The position numbers were made by a program, and so were the translations under genes. Below the pieces are notes generated by a model. It saw only the letters and a program-made list of their open reading frames with translations, searched no databases and was not told the origin of the DNA. DNA of 64,000 nt from a virus: positions 1 to 64,000 of IMG/VR virus record IMGVR_UViG_3300012352_000418. The stretch is one strand, 5' to 3'. Within the stretch, counting starts at the first letter, position 1. Each line of letters begins with the position of its first letter. Positions 7,292-14,814 of this stretch are shown in pieces.

Positions 7292-7939
7292 GTGAGTAAC
7301 AATAGATGGCTTGATCCAGTAGTAGAACAGTATAAAGAATACTTTGGGGACAAAGCAACCATACTATTCGATGTTGGTTCTCGTGATGGGCACGATGCGT
7401 CTTATATAGGAAACAAACTTAAGACTAGGCATGTCTATGCAATTGATGCTAACCCTTTAGCGATTGAAAACATTAAGAAAAACTACCCAGGATTTAAAAC
7501 CTTTTATACTGCCGTTCACGAGTATGATGGCACAACAGAGTTTACTCAAATAGTTTCTGATGACAAGGATCATGAGGGGTCTTCCTCTATCGAAAACTTT
7601 TCTTTCTTTGAGGAAGCCACATACAATACGATTACTGTGCCAGTAACAAGAATGGATACGTTTATTGAATCCAATAAGCTGCAGGAAAAAACCATAGATA
7701 TTGTGAAGGTGGATATTGAGGGATACAGCTATGAGTTTATTATGGGCATGGGTGACTATGTTCACAATGTCAAACTATTTCATTTAGAGACGGAAATGTT
7801 TGATAGACATCCAGGGCATAAGAATAACAATATGGTTATAGACCTTATGCTTGAGCGTGGGTTCTTACTTTGCCACACATCGTATCAGTGGGAGGGTATC
7901 CAGGATCAAATCTGGATTAACTCAGGACTCATACTGTGA
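7292..7939 (+). CDS. FkbM-family SAM-dependent methyltransferase
   Basis: LFDVGSRDGHDA (SAM motif I-like) and IDIVKVDIEGYSYEFIMG, typical of the FkbM family. GTG start. Confidence 0.65.
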   Translation: MSNNRWLDPVVEQYKEYFGDKATILFDVGSRDGHDASYIGNKLKTRHVYAIDANPLAIENIKKNYPGFKTFYTAVHEYDGTTEFTQIVSDDKDHEGSSSIENFSFFEEATYNTITVPVTRMDTFIESNKLQEKTIDIVKVDIEGYSYEFIMGMGDYVHNVKLFHLETEMFDRHPGHKNNNMVIDLMLERGFLLCHTSYQWEGIQDQIWINSGLIL

Positions 7940-8611
7940 TGGCTCTGGAAACATTTCTTTAAGAACGTTATCATATAAGATAGCAAACGAATCATCATTG
8001 GTTGATATGAATGGTGAATTGTCCTTGTCGTATGTATAGGACTTTGATCTATACCTAGCATTGTTGTATGTCTTTACGTCAACGATCTCGCTACCGCCGA
8101 TGTTTGCCAGGTTTCCATATACAGAACGTGGAGCAAGCGTATCACGTGGGACAACCTCAAGAAACTTTGTTTTATTAATTGGTAGTGGAACATGAATGTC
8201 ATAGTCTAGTGGGTCACTTACCCCCTTAGACTGCATGTGTTTCATAGCTCTGCCAAGTAGACCTGAGTATGCTGTGGGACCTAGCAGGTCCGTGTATGCG
8301 GCAATCTTAGAAGCAAGGGTGCCACCGTATAGGGGTAAAAAGTTTGCGATGTTTTCTAAAATAAAGAAGTCATCATTCATCAAAACAAAGTCTTCGGAAA
8401 TTTCTTCTGAGCTTACTGCAGCCAACAAACATGCGGCTATGTTCTTAAACTTGCCACCAGTATCCCTAACTGGAATGTGTCCACCAGCAAACCAATCTGG
8501 TTTGCCTCCTACAAGCCACACACGGCCTTCTGGAGCGTTTTTAGCTATGGATCTTAAAGAGTATCGAAGCTCCTCGTTGTCACCACCACGGGTGATATAA
8601 ACGTAATCCAT
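7922..8611 (-). CDS. minimal Stealth-like (hexose-1-phosphoryltransferase family) protein
   Basis: DYVYITRGGD (CR1-like), EELRYSLRSI...WLVGGKPDWF (CR2-like) and FVLMNDDFFIL (CR3-like). Opposite strand to its neighbours. Track start TTG 8614 trimmed to ATG 8611. Confidence 0.55.
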   Translation of the reverse strand: MDYVYITRGGDNEELRYSLRSIAKNAPEGRVWLVGGKPDWFAGGHIPVRDTGGKFKNIAACLLAAVSSEEISEDFVLMNDDFFILENIANFLPLYGGTLASKIAAYTDLLGPTAYSGLLGRAMKHMQSKGVSDPLDYDIHVPLPINKTKFLEVVPRDTLAPRSVYGNLANIGGSEIVDVKTYNNARYRSKSYTYDKDNSPFISTNDDSFAILYDNVLKEMFPEPSQYES

Positions 8612-8617
8612 CAATCA

Positions 8618-8626
8618 ATTATATCA
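8618..8626 (-). promoter_or_regulatory. extended -10 promoter TGaTATAAT, leaderless-type
   Basis: The minus strand reads gaTGaTATAATtgattgATG; 6 nt to ATG 8611. Confidence 0.45.
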
Positions 8627-8631
8627 TCTGC

Positions 8632-8637
8632 TATACT
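8632..8637 (+). promoter_or_regulatory. -10 box TATACT, 7 nt upstream of ATG 8645
   Basis: ctgcTATACTattatcaATG; divergent from the Stealth-like gene promoter within a 33-nt spacer. Confidence 0.35.
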
Positions 8638-8644
8638 ATTATCA

Positions 8645-9067
8645 ATGAGTCTTACAATCAAACAGAGAATCGTTAACATGAGAATGGCAGGTGCCTCTTA
8701 TGCGGATATCCAGCGTGAATTGAATTGTGAAATGACCGTTATCTCTTATCATTTAAATAGAGACTCTAAAGTTAACGTGTCAAAGAAGATGCGTCATGAG
8801 CACGGTAGCGAGCTAGAGGCGATCCAGGCATACAAAGAACGTATGGGTTGCATTGATTGTGAGAAGGACTACCCCCACTATGTGCTAGAGTTTGATCACC
8901 TACCAGAGTTTAAGAAGTTTGGTCAGGTGTCTCACATCCTTAAAAAGTATGGTCCCGACAAGGCCTGGGAAGAAATTGCCAAGTGCGATGTTGTTTGCTC
9001 AAACTGCCACAAACTTCGTACCAATGCTAGATTGTTCCCAGAAGAATATGCTACACTAGACTCATAA
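8645..9067 (+). CDS. HNH endonuclease with N-terminal HTH
   Basis: MRMAGASYADIQREL (HTH-like), CIDCE...EFDHLPEF...CSNCHKLRT (HNH). Confidence 0.8.
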   Translation: MSLTIKQRIVNMRMAGASYADIQRELNCEMTVISYHLNRDSKVNVSKKMRHEHGSELEAIQAYKERMGCIDCEKDYPHYVLEFDHLPEFKKFGQVSHILKKYGPDKAWEEIAKCDVVCSNCHKLRTNARLFPEEYATLDS

Positions 9068-9075
9068 CTAAATAG

Positions 9076-9399
9076 GGGAGTGAAAGGTTTTCGACTAGTA
9101 TCGGATATCTGGAGAAGCATGTATTGACGGGCACAAACAATTCACTTGTGTCAATCGGATAAGTGCAAAATATAACGCCGAATACGCTCTAGCAGCTTAG
9201 GTTGTCTGCGAAAGCACCTTGCCAGCAGTGATCACGCTGAGCAGCAAGTTCTTTAAATAAAGTGATGCTTCTTAGGATGGTATAGTTGGGCAGAGTGATG
9301 CTAGTATCAGCTCTGTCTGTTTAGTAAAACTAGCTAAACATGTAGAAGTACGGATAGCCACATACTAGGACCAGGGTTCGATTCCCTGCACTTCCACCA
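9076..9399 (+). ncRNA. ssrA: tmRNA (SsrA), tag peptide AKYNAEYALAA
   Basis: 5' GGGAGUG pairs with 3' CACUUCC-A-CCA, including G3:U70. GGUUUUCGAC resembles the tmRNA D-analog. T-arm CAGGG-UUCGAUU-CCCUG. P2 helix CUAGUAU/AUACUAG. Internal frame GCA AAA UAU AAC GCC GAA UAC GCU CUA GCA GCU UAG at 9165-9200. Confidence 0.9.
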
Positions 9400-9400
9400 A

Positions 9401-9844
9401 TTATACTATGTTATACGTTCCAGCAATGTGAAAGTTGTCTGCAACGTTGAGGGTAACTGGAACGTTATGCGTAAAAGACTCTTGCTTACCATTTGATGTG
9501 GTAGTGAGCAGCCTTAGCTGGTTGGAGTTTGCTAGGACATGTCCCAAGATAGCATACTCACTGCCAGTTGAGGTGTCGTGCAAGCATCCATTACTAAGTA
9601 AGTAGTTATACTTTGAAGTGAATGGAAGGTTTACATAATACTGACCACTTCCAAAGTTAGTAATGTTATCCATATCAACATCAATATTGAAATGACAAAT
9701 GTTGTCCATTAAGGTCCAGCTTCCAGAAAAAAGTGGTGCACCGTTAAATGTTGGCTGAGTGCCTAGAGAGCCACCCTCAATTTGCCAAGTACCGTCTGCA
9801 GAAGATCCAGACCCCGTTGTTCCTGGATGTGTAAACCTAGCCAT
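9401..9844 (-). CDS. hypothetical protein (147 aa, beta-rich, G/S/T/N-rich)
   Basis: Track ORF; TAATG coupling with the upstream gene. Composition resembles fibre or decoration proteins (inference only). Confidence 0.6.
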   Translation of the reverse strand: MARFTHPGTTGSGSSADGTWQIEGGSLGTQPTFNGAPLFSGSWTLMDNICHFNIDVDMDNITNFGSGQYYVNLPFTSKYNYLLSNGCLHDTSTGSEYAILGHVLANSNQLRLLTTTSNGKQESFTHNVPVTLNVADNFHIAGTYNIV

Positions 9845-10125
9845 TATTGCTTTCCTTCTAGGTTAATAGAGAGTACGGCAACCTTTAAATTGCTTGTCGA
9901 ACCAATAACGTATAGTTCATCTTGTGAATCTAACTCAAAAGAGATGGCGTGGTTGGGTGAAACTCTATATCCATAGTTTTCAGCAGTTACGCCTGCACCA
10001 CCGACATAGACGTATCCGTAAGCGTTTACGTTTTGAATAGTAACGTCACGACCAGATCTTGTCGATGACTCAGATACGGCAACTCGTGTGGTTCCCACTG
10101 TGTAAAGATTATGTTGTGTACTCAT
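9844..10125 (-). CDS. hypothetical protein (93 aa, beta-rich)
   Basis: Track ORF; TGGTACAAT box 6 nt upstream of the ATG. Confidence 0.6.
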   Translation of the reverse strand: MSTQHNLYTVGTTRVAVSESSTRSGRDVTIQNVNAYGYVYVGGAGVTAENYGYRVSPNHAISFELDSQDELYVIGSTSNLKVAVLSINLEGKQ

Positions 10126-10131
10126 ATATTA

Positions 10132-10140
10132 ATTGTACCA
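10132..10140 (-). promoter_or_regulatory. extended -10 promoter TGgTACAAT, leaderless-type
   Basis: The minus strand reads gTGgTACAATtaatatATG; 6 nt to ATG 10125. Confidence 0.45.
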
Positions 10141-10144
10141 CTTA

Positions 10145-10888
10145 TTACTCAAAAGCTGAGCCTTGCCAGAATTTCTTTTCACGCTCAACGATAGCACGTG
10201 ACCATGCAAAACCAGCATTGCCACCCCATGCATCCCACATGATACGACCATTGGATGGGTTAGACGTATTGTTAAAGTCCTTGCCCTTCTTGTCTACTTC
10301 GTGACGAGAAAAGAAAGAGTACATACGCTTAACAGTACTAAGAGACATAGCTCTACCTGCTACGATGTCTGTTGCTCTACCCCAGCCAACAGGGGTTCCA
10401 GCACCAGTTGCCTTACCCTCTTCTTTCCATTTGAGTGCACGTCTAGCAGCAGCTTTCATTCCAGAGTTTGGAGTGTAGGTGTCTGCCTTAGCAAGTGCCT
10501 CGTCATACTTCTTCACTGGAACGCAGTTAGGAACCATGCTTCCACCCTTACCAGGCTTCATGCCACGCATAACATAGCCTTCCCAGCATGGGGACGCTTT
10601 TGCTAGTCGCTCTAATTCTTCGAGGTCATCCTCTTCAACGCCAATCTCTACATCTGCAGGCATTGCATCGCTGTGAAGCATCCCAATGGAATAGGCTGTG
10701 GGGTACCACATGCCATCCTCTTCTTCGTAAACCCTAACAGCCATTGCTGGATTCTCTGGTGTGCTTTCGATAGCATACTCTGTGCCCTCAACACCATACG
10801 TTCCGCCCTCAAGCATTACATGCTCTACACGACCAACTACAACACCCTCGGATGTTGTTCCGATTACCATGTCGCCTTCTTTTATCAT
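10145..10888 (-). CDS. conserved-looking phage protein of unknown function (247 aa)
   Basis: Motifs CWEGY...GKGGSMVPNCVP and TPNSGMKAAARRALKWKEEG...GTPVGWGRA...STVKRMYSFFSRHEVDKKG...GRIMWDAWGG. I recall similar blocks in other phage proteins but cannot name the family. Confidence 0.6.
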   Translation of the reverse strand: MIKEGDMVIGTTSEGVVVGRVEHVMLEGGTYGVEGTEYAIESTPENPAMAVRVYEEEDGMWYPTAYSIGMLHSDAMPADVEIGVEEDDLEELERLAKASPCWEGYVMRGMKPGKGGSMVPNCVPVKKYDEALAKADTYTPNSGMKAAARRALKWKEEGKATGAGTPVGWGRATDIVAGRAMSLSTVKRMYSFFSRHEVDKKGKDFNNTSNPSNGRIMWDAWGGNAGFAWSRAIVEREKKFWQGSAFE

Positions 10889-11247
10889 TAGATACCTCCC
10901 ATAGAGTTTCCGCTAACACCAATAGCACCATCACTATTAAGTGCATCCGACGAACGTCCTCTTCTTGTATTTTTTGGCTTCTTGCCATACTGAGATCTGA
11001 TACCAGAACCAGTCTTGCCGCCTGCTCTACCCTGCTCAGGACGCTTAATTCCTGCACCAGGATACTTTGGATCAACAGTAATAGACATGTCTTTTTGTGC
11101 GTCTGGTACGTTTGCGTACAATGCTGCTACATGTGACTCTGCTTCTGCACGAGTACCATGACACCCTACGGTCTTTCCAGCTTCATCTTGAACAGCATAA
11201 CCAGAGCAGCCAAGCCCGTCACCCTTACCGCTAATTTTATATGGCAT
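10888..11247 (-). CDS. hypothetical protein (119 aa; basic G/K/R-rich C-terminus)
   Basis: Track ORF 10888-11301 trimmed to ATG 11247 (TAATG overlap with the dps stop). Confidence 0.55.
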   Translation of the reverse strand: MPYKISGKGDGLGCSGYAVQDEAGKTVGCHGTRAEAESHVAALYANVPDAQKDMSITVDPKYPGAGIKRPEQGRAGGKTGSGIRSQYGKKPKNTRRGRSSDALNSDGAIGVSGNSMGGI

Positions 11248-11693
11248 TAGTCTTCTTCCATCTCCATTGATGCACGTAACTGCCAGCAAAACTTCTGGCA
11301 AGCTGTCTGACGGTCTGCAAGGAAGTTAGCCAAACCAAACTCGTTAAGAGAGTTTGCTACCTGCCCAGCCATGACCAAGTCTTCTTTGTGCTTCTCTACT
11401 GCATCGTAAAGATCTGCAACCATTTCTTCTGCATCTCCGACAATAAGTGGCTCTGAGATAGAGCTAGAGTCAAAGAACTCTGAGATTCTGTAAGGAGCGT
11501 AGGCGTTAAGCATACGAATCCACTCTGCATGTGCATCAGTTGCCCCCTCAAAGTCTTCATAAATCTTTCCAAAGAATTTGTGGAATTGTGCAAAGTCATC
11601 GGACTCGACGTTCCAGTGGTATCCCTGTGCCTTGAAGCGTAATGTAATGTTGTCTGCTAGCAGTGCCTTTAGTAGGCTAATGAGTTGTTCCAT
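11247..11693 (-). CDS. dps: Dps-like ferritin-fold protein
   Basis: LKALLADNITLRFKAQGYHWNVESDDFAQFHKFFGKIYEDFEGATDAHAEWIRML reproduces the Dps HWNV...FH...D..AE ferroxidase-site pattern. Track ORF trimmed to ATG 11693. Confidence 0.7.
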   Translation of the reverse strand: MEQLISLLKALLADNITLRFKAQGYHWNVESDDFAQFHKFFGKIYEDFEGATDAHAEWIRMLNAYAPYRISEFFDSSSISEPLIVGDAEEMVADLYDAVEKHKEDLVMAGQVANSLNEFGLANFLADRQTACQKFCWQLRASMEMEED

Positions 11694-11700
11694 ACCTATA

Positions 11701-11709
11701 ATTATAACA
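11701..11709 (-). promoter_or_regulatory. extended -10 promoter TGtTATAAT for dps
   Basis: The minus strand reads gTGtTATAATtataggtATG; 7 nt to ATG 11693. Confidence 0.45.
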
Positions 11710-11718
11710 CAGCGTAGA

Positions 11719-11727
11719 TGGTATACT
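11719..11727 (+). promoter_or_regulatory. extended -10 promoter TGgTATACT for the glycosyltransferase
   Basis: aTGgTATACTattattacaATG; 9 nt to ATG 11737. Divergent from the dps promoter within a 43-nt spacer. Confidence 0.4.
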
Positions 11728-11736
11728 ATTATTACA

Positions 11737-13644
11737 ATGGCAAAAATATTAGTAATCTCAGCAAACCCAAACATGTTAGACACAAGTTCTGGTGGGTCAG
11801 AAAGATCGTTTAAACTCTTAGAATCTATTAGTGGGCATGACGTACACGTTGTAGCTTTTAGTTGGGGTGGAGAAGATCACAGCACTACCCTCGCAGATGG
11901 CACAAAGTTTTCTGTTTATGCAGCTGACCCAGGCACAGCAAGAAGAGGCAACAACCAGAGGCAGAGACTGGATGGCAAAAGTCGTGACCTAACCATTTAC
12001 TTGCTAAAAGACTTTATGACAAAGTTTAAGAATGTTGTTAGAAAAGAGTTGAAGGATACTGATTTGGTTATTCTCGATCATTTTGCAACAGCACCTTTAT
12101 TTGATGAACTTAATGTAAATAACTTACCAGTTATCTATGCGTCACACAATGCAGAGATCACACTTGCAGAACAACTATACAAAGTAAACTCTTTAGACCT
12201 AAAGGTTACGGCTCAGATGGAGGAGCTTGCCTTAAATCTTTGTGATCTTTACACTTACTGTTCAACTCAAGACGAGCAGAAGATTCGTGAGTTCTACAAG
12301 ACAAACAAGAAGTCTGTATATATTCCAAACGGTACGCAGATCAGAAAGCCAGATGCTGATGTATCCAGGAACAACAAGGTTGTTTTGTTTGTTGGTAGCG
12401 GTCACCCACCGAACGTTGTTGCAGCAAAGAACCTTATTCCAATTGCTCAGGCTTTGCCAGACTACACCTTCAAGGTTGTTGGTGACGCAAGCAATGCTCT
12501 TAAAACAATGAAGCCATCTGACAACATCGAAATCCTTGGCAAGGTCGATGACGAAACATTGGACTATTTATTTAAGTCTTCTGGTGTATTCATTAACCCC
12601 ATGGAGAGTGGAGCAGGAACACACCTTAAGGTTATGAAGGCGTTAAGCTATGGCCTCCCCATTATTTCCTCTACCGTTGGTGCTAGAGGATTCTCTGAAG
12701 AAGAGATTGACTCATGTATGCTAATTGGAGACAATTCTGATGAAATGGTAGAAGCCATTTTAAAACTAGGGGATACTAAGGTATACGCCAGTTTGTCAGA
12801 AAGCAGCTACAAGCTTGCCAAGAGCTTTGACTGGGAGAATATCCAGGGTGAATTTAAAGATGTTGTAGAGTCAATGCTAAGTGCAGAGGCATTAAACAAA
12901 GCAATCAAGAAGTTGATTCCTAAAAAGAAGATACTTATGTATTCTATTATTCGTAATAGAGAAAAGCAAATGGGGCAGTACCACAAGCAGATCGCTGATG
13001 TGGTAAAGGCTTTCCCAGAACATGAGTTCTACTTGTCTATTTATGAGAACGACTCTACCGATAGCACTAAGAGGTTGTTGTTTAGCTTTGACTGGTCTAT
13101 GCTTAAGGGTATCTCGATCATTAGTGAGAATGTTAACACTAAGTATTTTGGTTCTGTTAAGGATGAAGAAAGAGTTATGAATCTGTCCATTGCTAGAAAC
13201 AAGGCTATTGAGGCTGCAGGCTTCTTAGATACCGCCGACTACGTGCTCATGTTTGAGGGTGACGTAAAGTTTGGTGTGGGTGACATCAGAGAGCTTCTTG
13301 AATTTGAAACACTTGAGCCAGACTTCGATGTTGTCTCTGCCATGTCTGTTCGTCCAAACGGTACATTCTATGACGTATGGGCTACTAGGACTACAGATGA
13401 ATACCAGCCTGGTGTGTTCCCCCTTGAAGACGGATACCGCACAAAGCATTACGGAAGATACCTATCTACCTCTAGTGGGCTTTGCCTATACCGTGCTAAG
13501 CCATTCCAGGAAGGTGCTAGACACCACTGGATCAATAAGAAGACTGGTGAAGGCGATTGCGAGATGGTCGTTGTCTGCCAAGACTTCCGTGCTCGTGGCT
13601 ACGAAAATATCTTTATTAACTACAGAGCAAAAGCATATCATTAA
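11737..13644 (+). CDS. two-domain glycosyltransferase (N-terminal GT-B/GT4-like + C-terminal GT-A-like)
   Basis: N-terminal half: KILVISANP...GGSERS... and NPMESGAGTHLKVMKALSYGLPIISSTVGARGF (GT4 EX7E-type region). C-terminal half: SIYENDSTDSTKRLL...ARNKAIE...VLMFEGDVKF (GT-A/DxD-like). Track ORF trimmed from 11578 to ATG 11737. Confidence 0.65.
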   Translation: MAKILVISANPNMLDTSSGGSERSFKLLESISGHDVHVVAFSWGGEDHSTTLADGTKFSVYAADPGTARRGNNQRQRLDGKSRDLTIYLLKDFMTKFKNVVRKELKDTDLVILDHFATAPLFDELNVNNLPVIYASHNAEITLAEQLYKVNSLDLKVTAQMEELALNLCDLYTYCSTQDEQKIREFYKTNKKSVYIPNGTQIRKPDADVSRNNKVVLFVGSGHPPNVVAAKNLIPIAQALPDYTFKVVGDASNALKTMKPSDNIEILGKVDDETLDYLFKSSGVFINPMESGAGTHLKVMKALSYGLPIISSTVGARGFSEEEIDSCMLIGDNSDEMVEAILKLGDTKVYASLSESSYKLAKSFDWENIQGEFKDVVESMLSAEALNKAIKKLIPKKKILMYSIIRNREKQMGQYHKQIADVVKAFPEHEFYLSIYENDSTDSTKRLLFSFDWSMLKGISIISENVNTKYFGSVKDEERVMNLSIARNKAIEAAGFLDTADYVLMFEGDVKFGVGDIRELLEFETLEPDFDVVSAMSVRPNGTFYDVWATRTTDEYQPGVFPLEDGYRTKHYGRYLSTSSGLCLYRAKPFQEGARHHWINKKTGEGDCEMVVVCQDFRARGYENIFINYRAKAYH

Positions 13645-13684
13645 AGAGCAGTTTTAAGTCATGCTCAGGACTTCGATCTACCTA

Positions 13685-14140
13685 CTAATATTTATTATTA
13701 GCACTGTGATCAATGATCTCAATGCGTTTAGGCTTTTGTTCTTCTGGAATATTACGCTTAATGAAGATGCGTAGGATTCCATCCTTTAGAGATGTCTTCT
13801 CTACTTCCATATATTCGCCAAGTGCAAACTTACGGGTAAACTTGCGTGTGGCAATACCCTTGTAGAGATACTCTGGTTCAGCAGCTGGTGATTCTAAAAT
13901 CTCTCCAGCCACAATCAGATTTCCATCATCTATGGTTACGGATAGATCATCAATCGAAAAGCCAGCAACTGCAAGCATCAGATCATATTCGTCATCCGTA
14001 TACTTTACCACATTGTATGGTGGATATGAGATAGAAGAGTTTGTCTTCTGTAGTGTATTGAGTCTATCGAATTCCCGACTAAACCCAATGAGGAATGGAT
14101 CGTTAAATACGTCCATCATTGTTTTGTATGTTTTTACCAT
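13685..14140 (-). CDS. small heat-shock protein (Hsp20/IbpA family)
   Basis: YPPYNVVKYTDDEYDLMLAVAGFSIDDLSVTIDDGNLIVAGE...RKFTRKFALGEYMEV...DGILRIFI is an alpha-crystallin domain. AAAGGAG RBS before ATG 14140. Confidence 0.8.
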   Translation of the reverse strand: MVKTYKTMMDVFNDPFLIGFSREFDRLNTLQKTNSSISYPPYNVVKYTDDEYDLMLAVAGFSIDDLSVTIDDGNLIVAGEILESPAAEPEYLYKGIATRKFTRKFALGEYMEVEKTSLKDGILRIFIKRNIPEEQKPKRIEIIDHSANNKY

Positions 14141-14196
14141 ATTATCACTCCTTTTAAGCGAGTTATTTGTATTACCCCTCCGAAGAGCAGGCAATT

Positions 14197-14577
14197 CTAT
14201 GATACCACATCGTCATCTGGCAAGAAGCTGATTAACTTTTTATATGCATCATTAATTATTTTTGCATCATCAGTACTGAGAGCTATATCGTAGGCGAGTA
14301 GTGCTTGCTGCACATCCTCAATATACTCAAAAGCCCACTCACGAGATTCAGATACAAAGCGTAGAAAGCCTTCTGTATTCTCAATCTTGTCAGAGTCACG
14401 TGCACCTTCGAGTTGATCGATGCGTGCTGTTAGTGCTGCTTTTTCAATTACTTCTGCTGCAAGCTGATTCCTAATGCTTTTATTATTAATCAGAGACCTG
14501 GAGTAGCCAAATGCGACTAGGCAAAACAATAGTGTATATACAATAAAGCCAATCAGAGAAAGCAATTCTGTATTCAT
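14197..14577 (-). CDS. hypothetical membrane-anchored coiled-coil protein (126 aa)
   Basis: Track ORF; N-terminal TM (LLSLIGFIVYTLLFCLVAFGY). Confidence 0.6.
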   Translation of the reverse strand: MNTELLSLIGFIVYTLLFCLVAFGYSRSLINNKSIRNQLAAEVIEKAALTARIDQLEGARDSDKIENTEGFLRFVSESREWAFEYIEDVQQALLAYDIALSTDDAKIINDAYKKLISFLPDDDVVS

Positions 14578-14814
14578 TTACAAACCTTCTTCGCCGTCTC
14601 TTACAAGCATTACGATTGCACCATTGTCTTCCAGTGCCTTCTTGACTCGAACCATATATTCAACAGCATCACGCTTATCTTCGTCAAGCAAGTTAAAGAA
14701 TTGCTTCGCACTTGCCTTTACTGTTAGGAAATGCTCGTTGTCAACAATCTGAACGCCAAAGTTTTTAGGTGGCGTAACAGAGTAGAAGGCTCTCTTCATT
14801 TCATCTGTGTACAT
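14578..14814 (-). CDS. hypothetical protein (78 aa)
   Basis: Track ORF, tightly packed between its neighbours. Confidence 0.6.
   Translation of the reverse strand: MYTDEMKRAFYSVTPPKNFGVQIVDNEHFLTVKASAKQFFNLLDEDKRDAVEYMVRVKKALEDNGAIVMLVRDGEEGL

Noticed and set aside
8932-9120. 62-aa minus-strand ORF
   Set aside because: It overlaps the 3' end of the HNH gene and the 5' tRNA-like domain of the tmRNA. It is spurious.
11578-11736. N-terminal 53-codon extension of the glycosyltransferase ORF
   Set aside because: It overlaps the dps coding region on the opposite strand and has a non-protein-like sequence. ATG 11737 follows a TGGTATACT box, and the GT4 fold begins there (MAKILVISANP).
14141-14196. 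Heat-shock operator (CIRCE or HAIR) upstream of hsp20, and similarly upstream of groES
   Set aside because: Neither the CIRCE (TTAGCACTC-N9-GAGTGCTAA) nor the HAIR (CTTGAGT-N7-ACTCAAG) consensus is present. Only a tiny UUCG-loop hairpin was seen.
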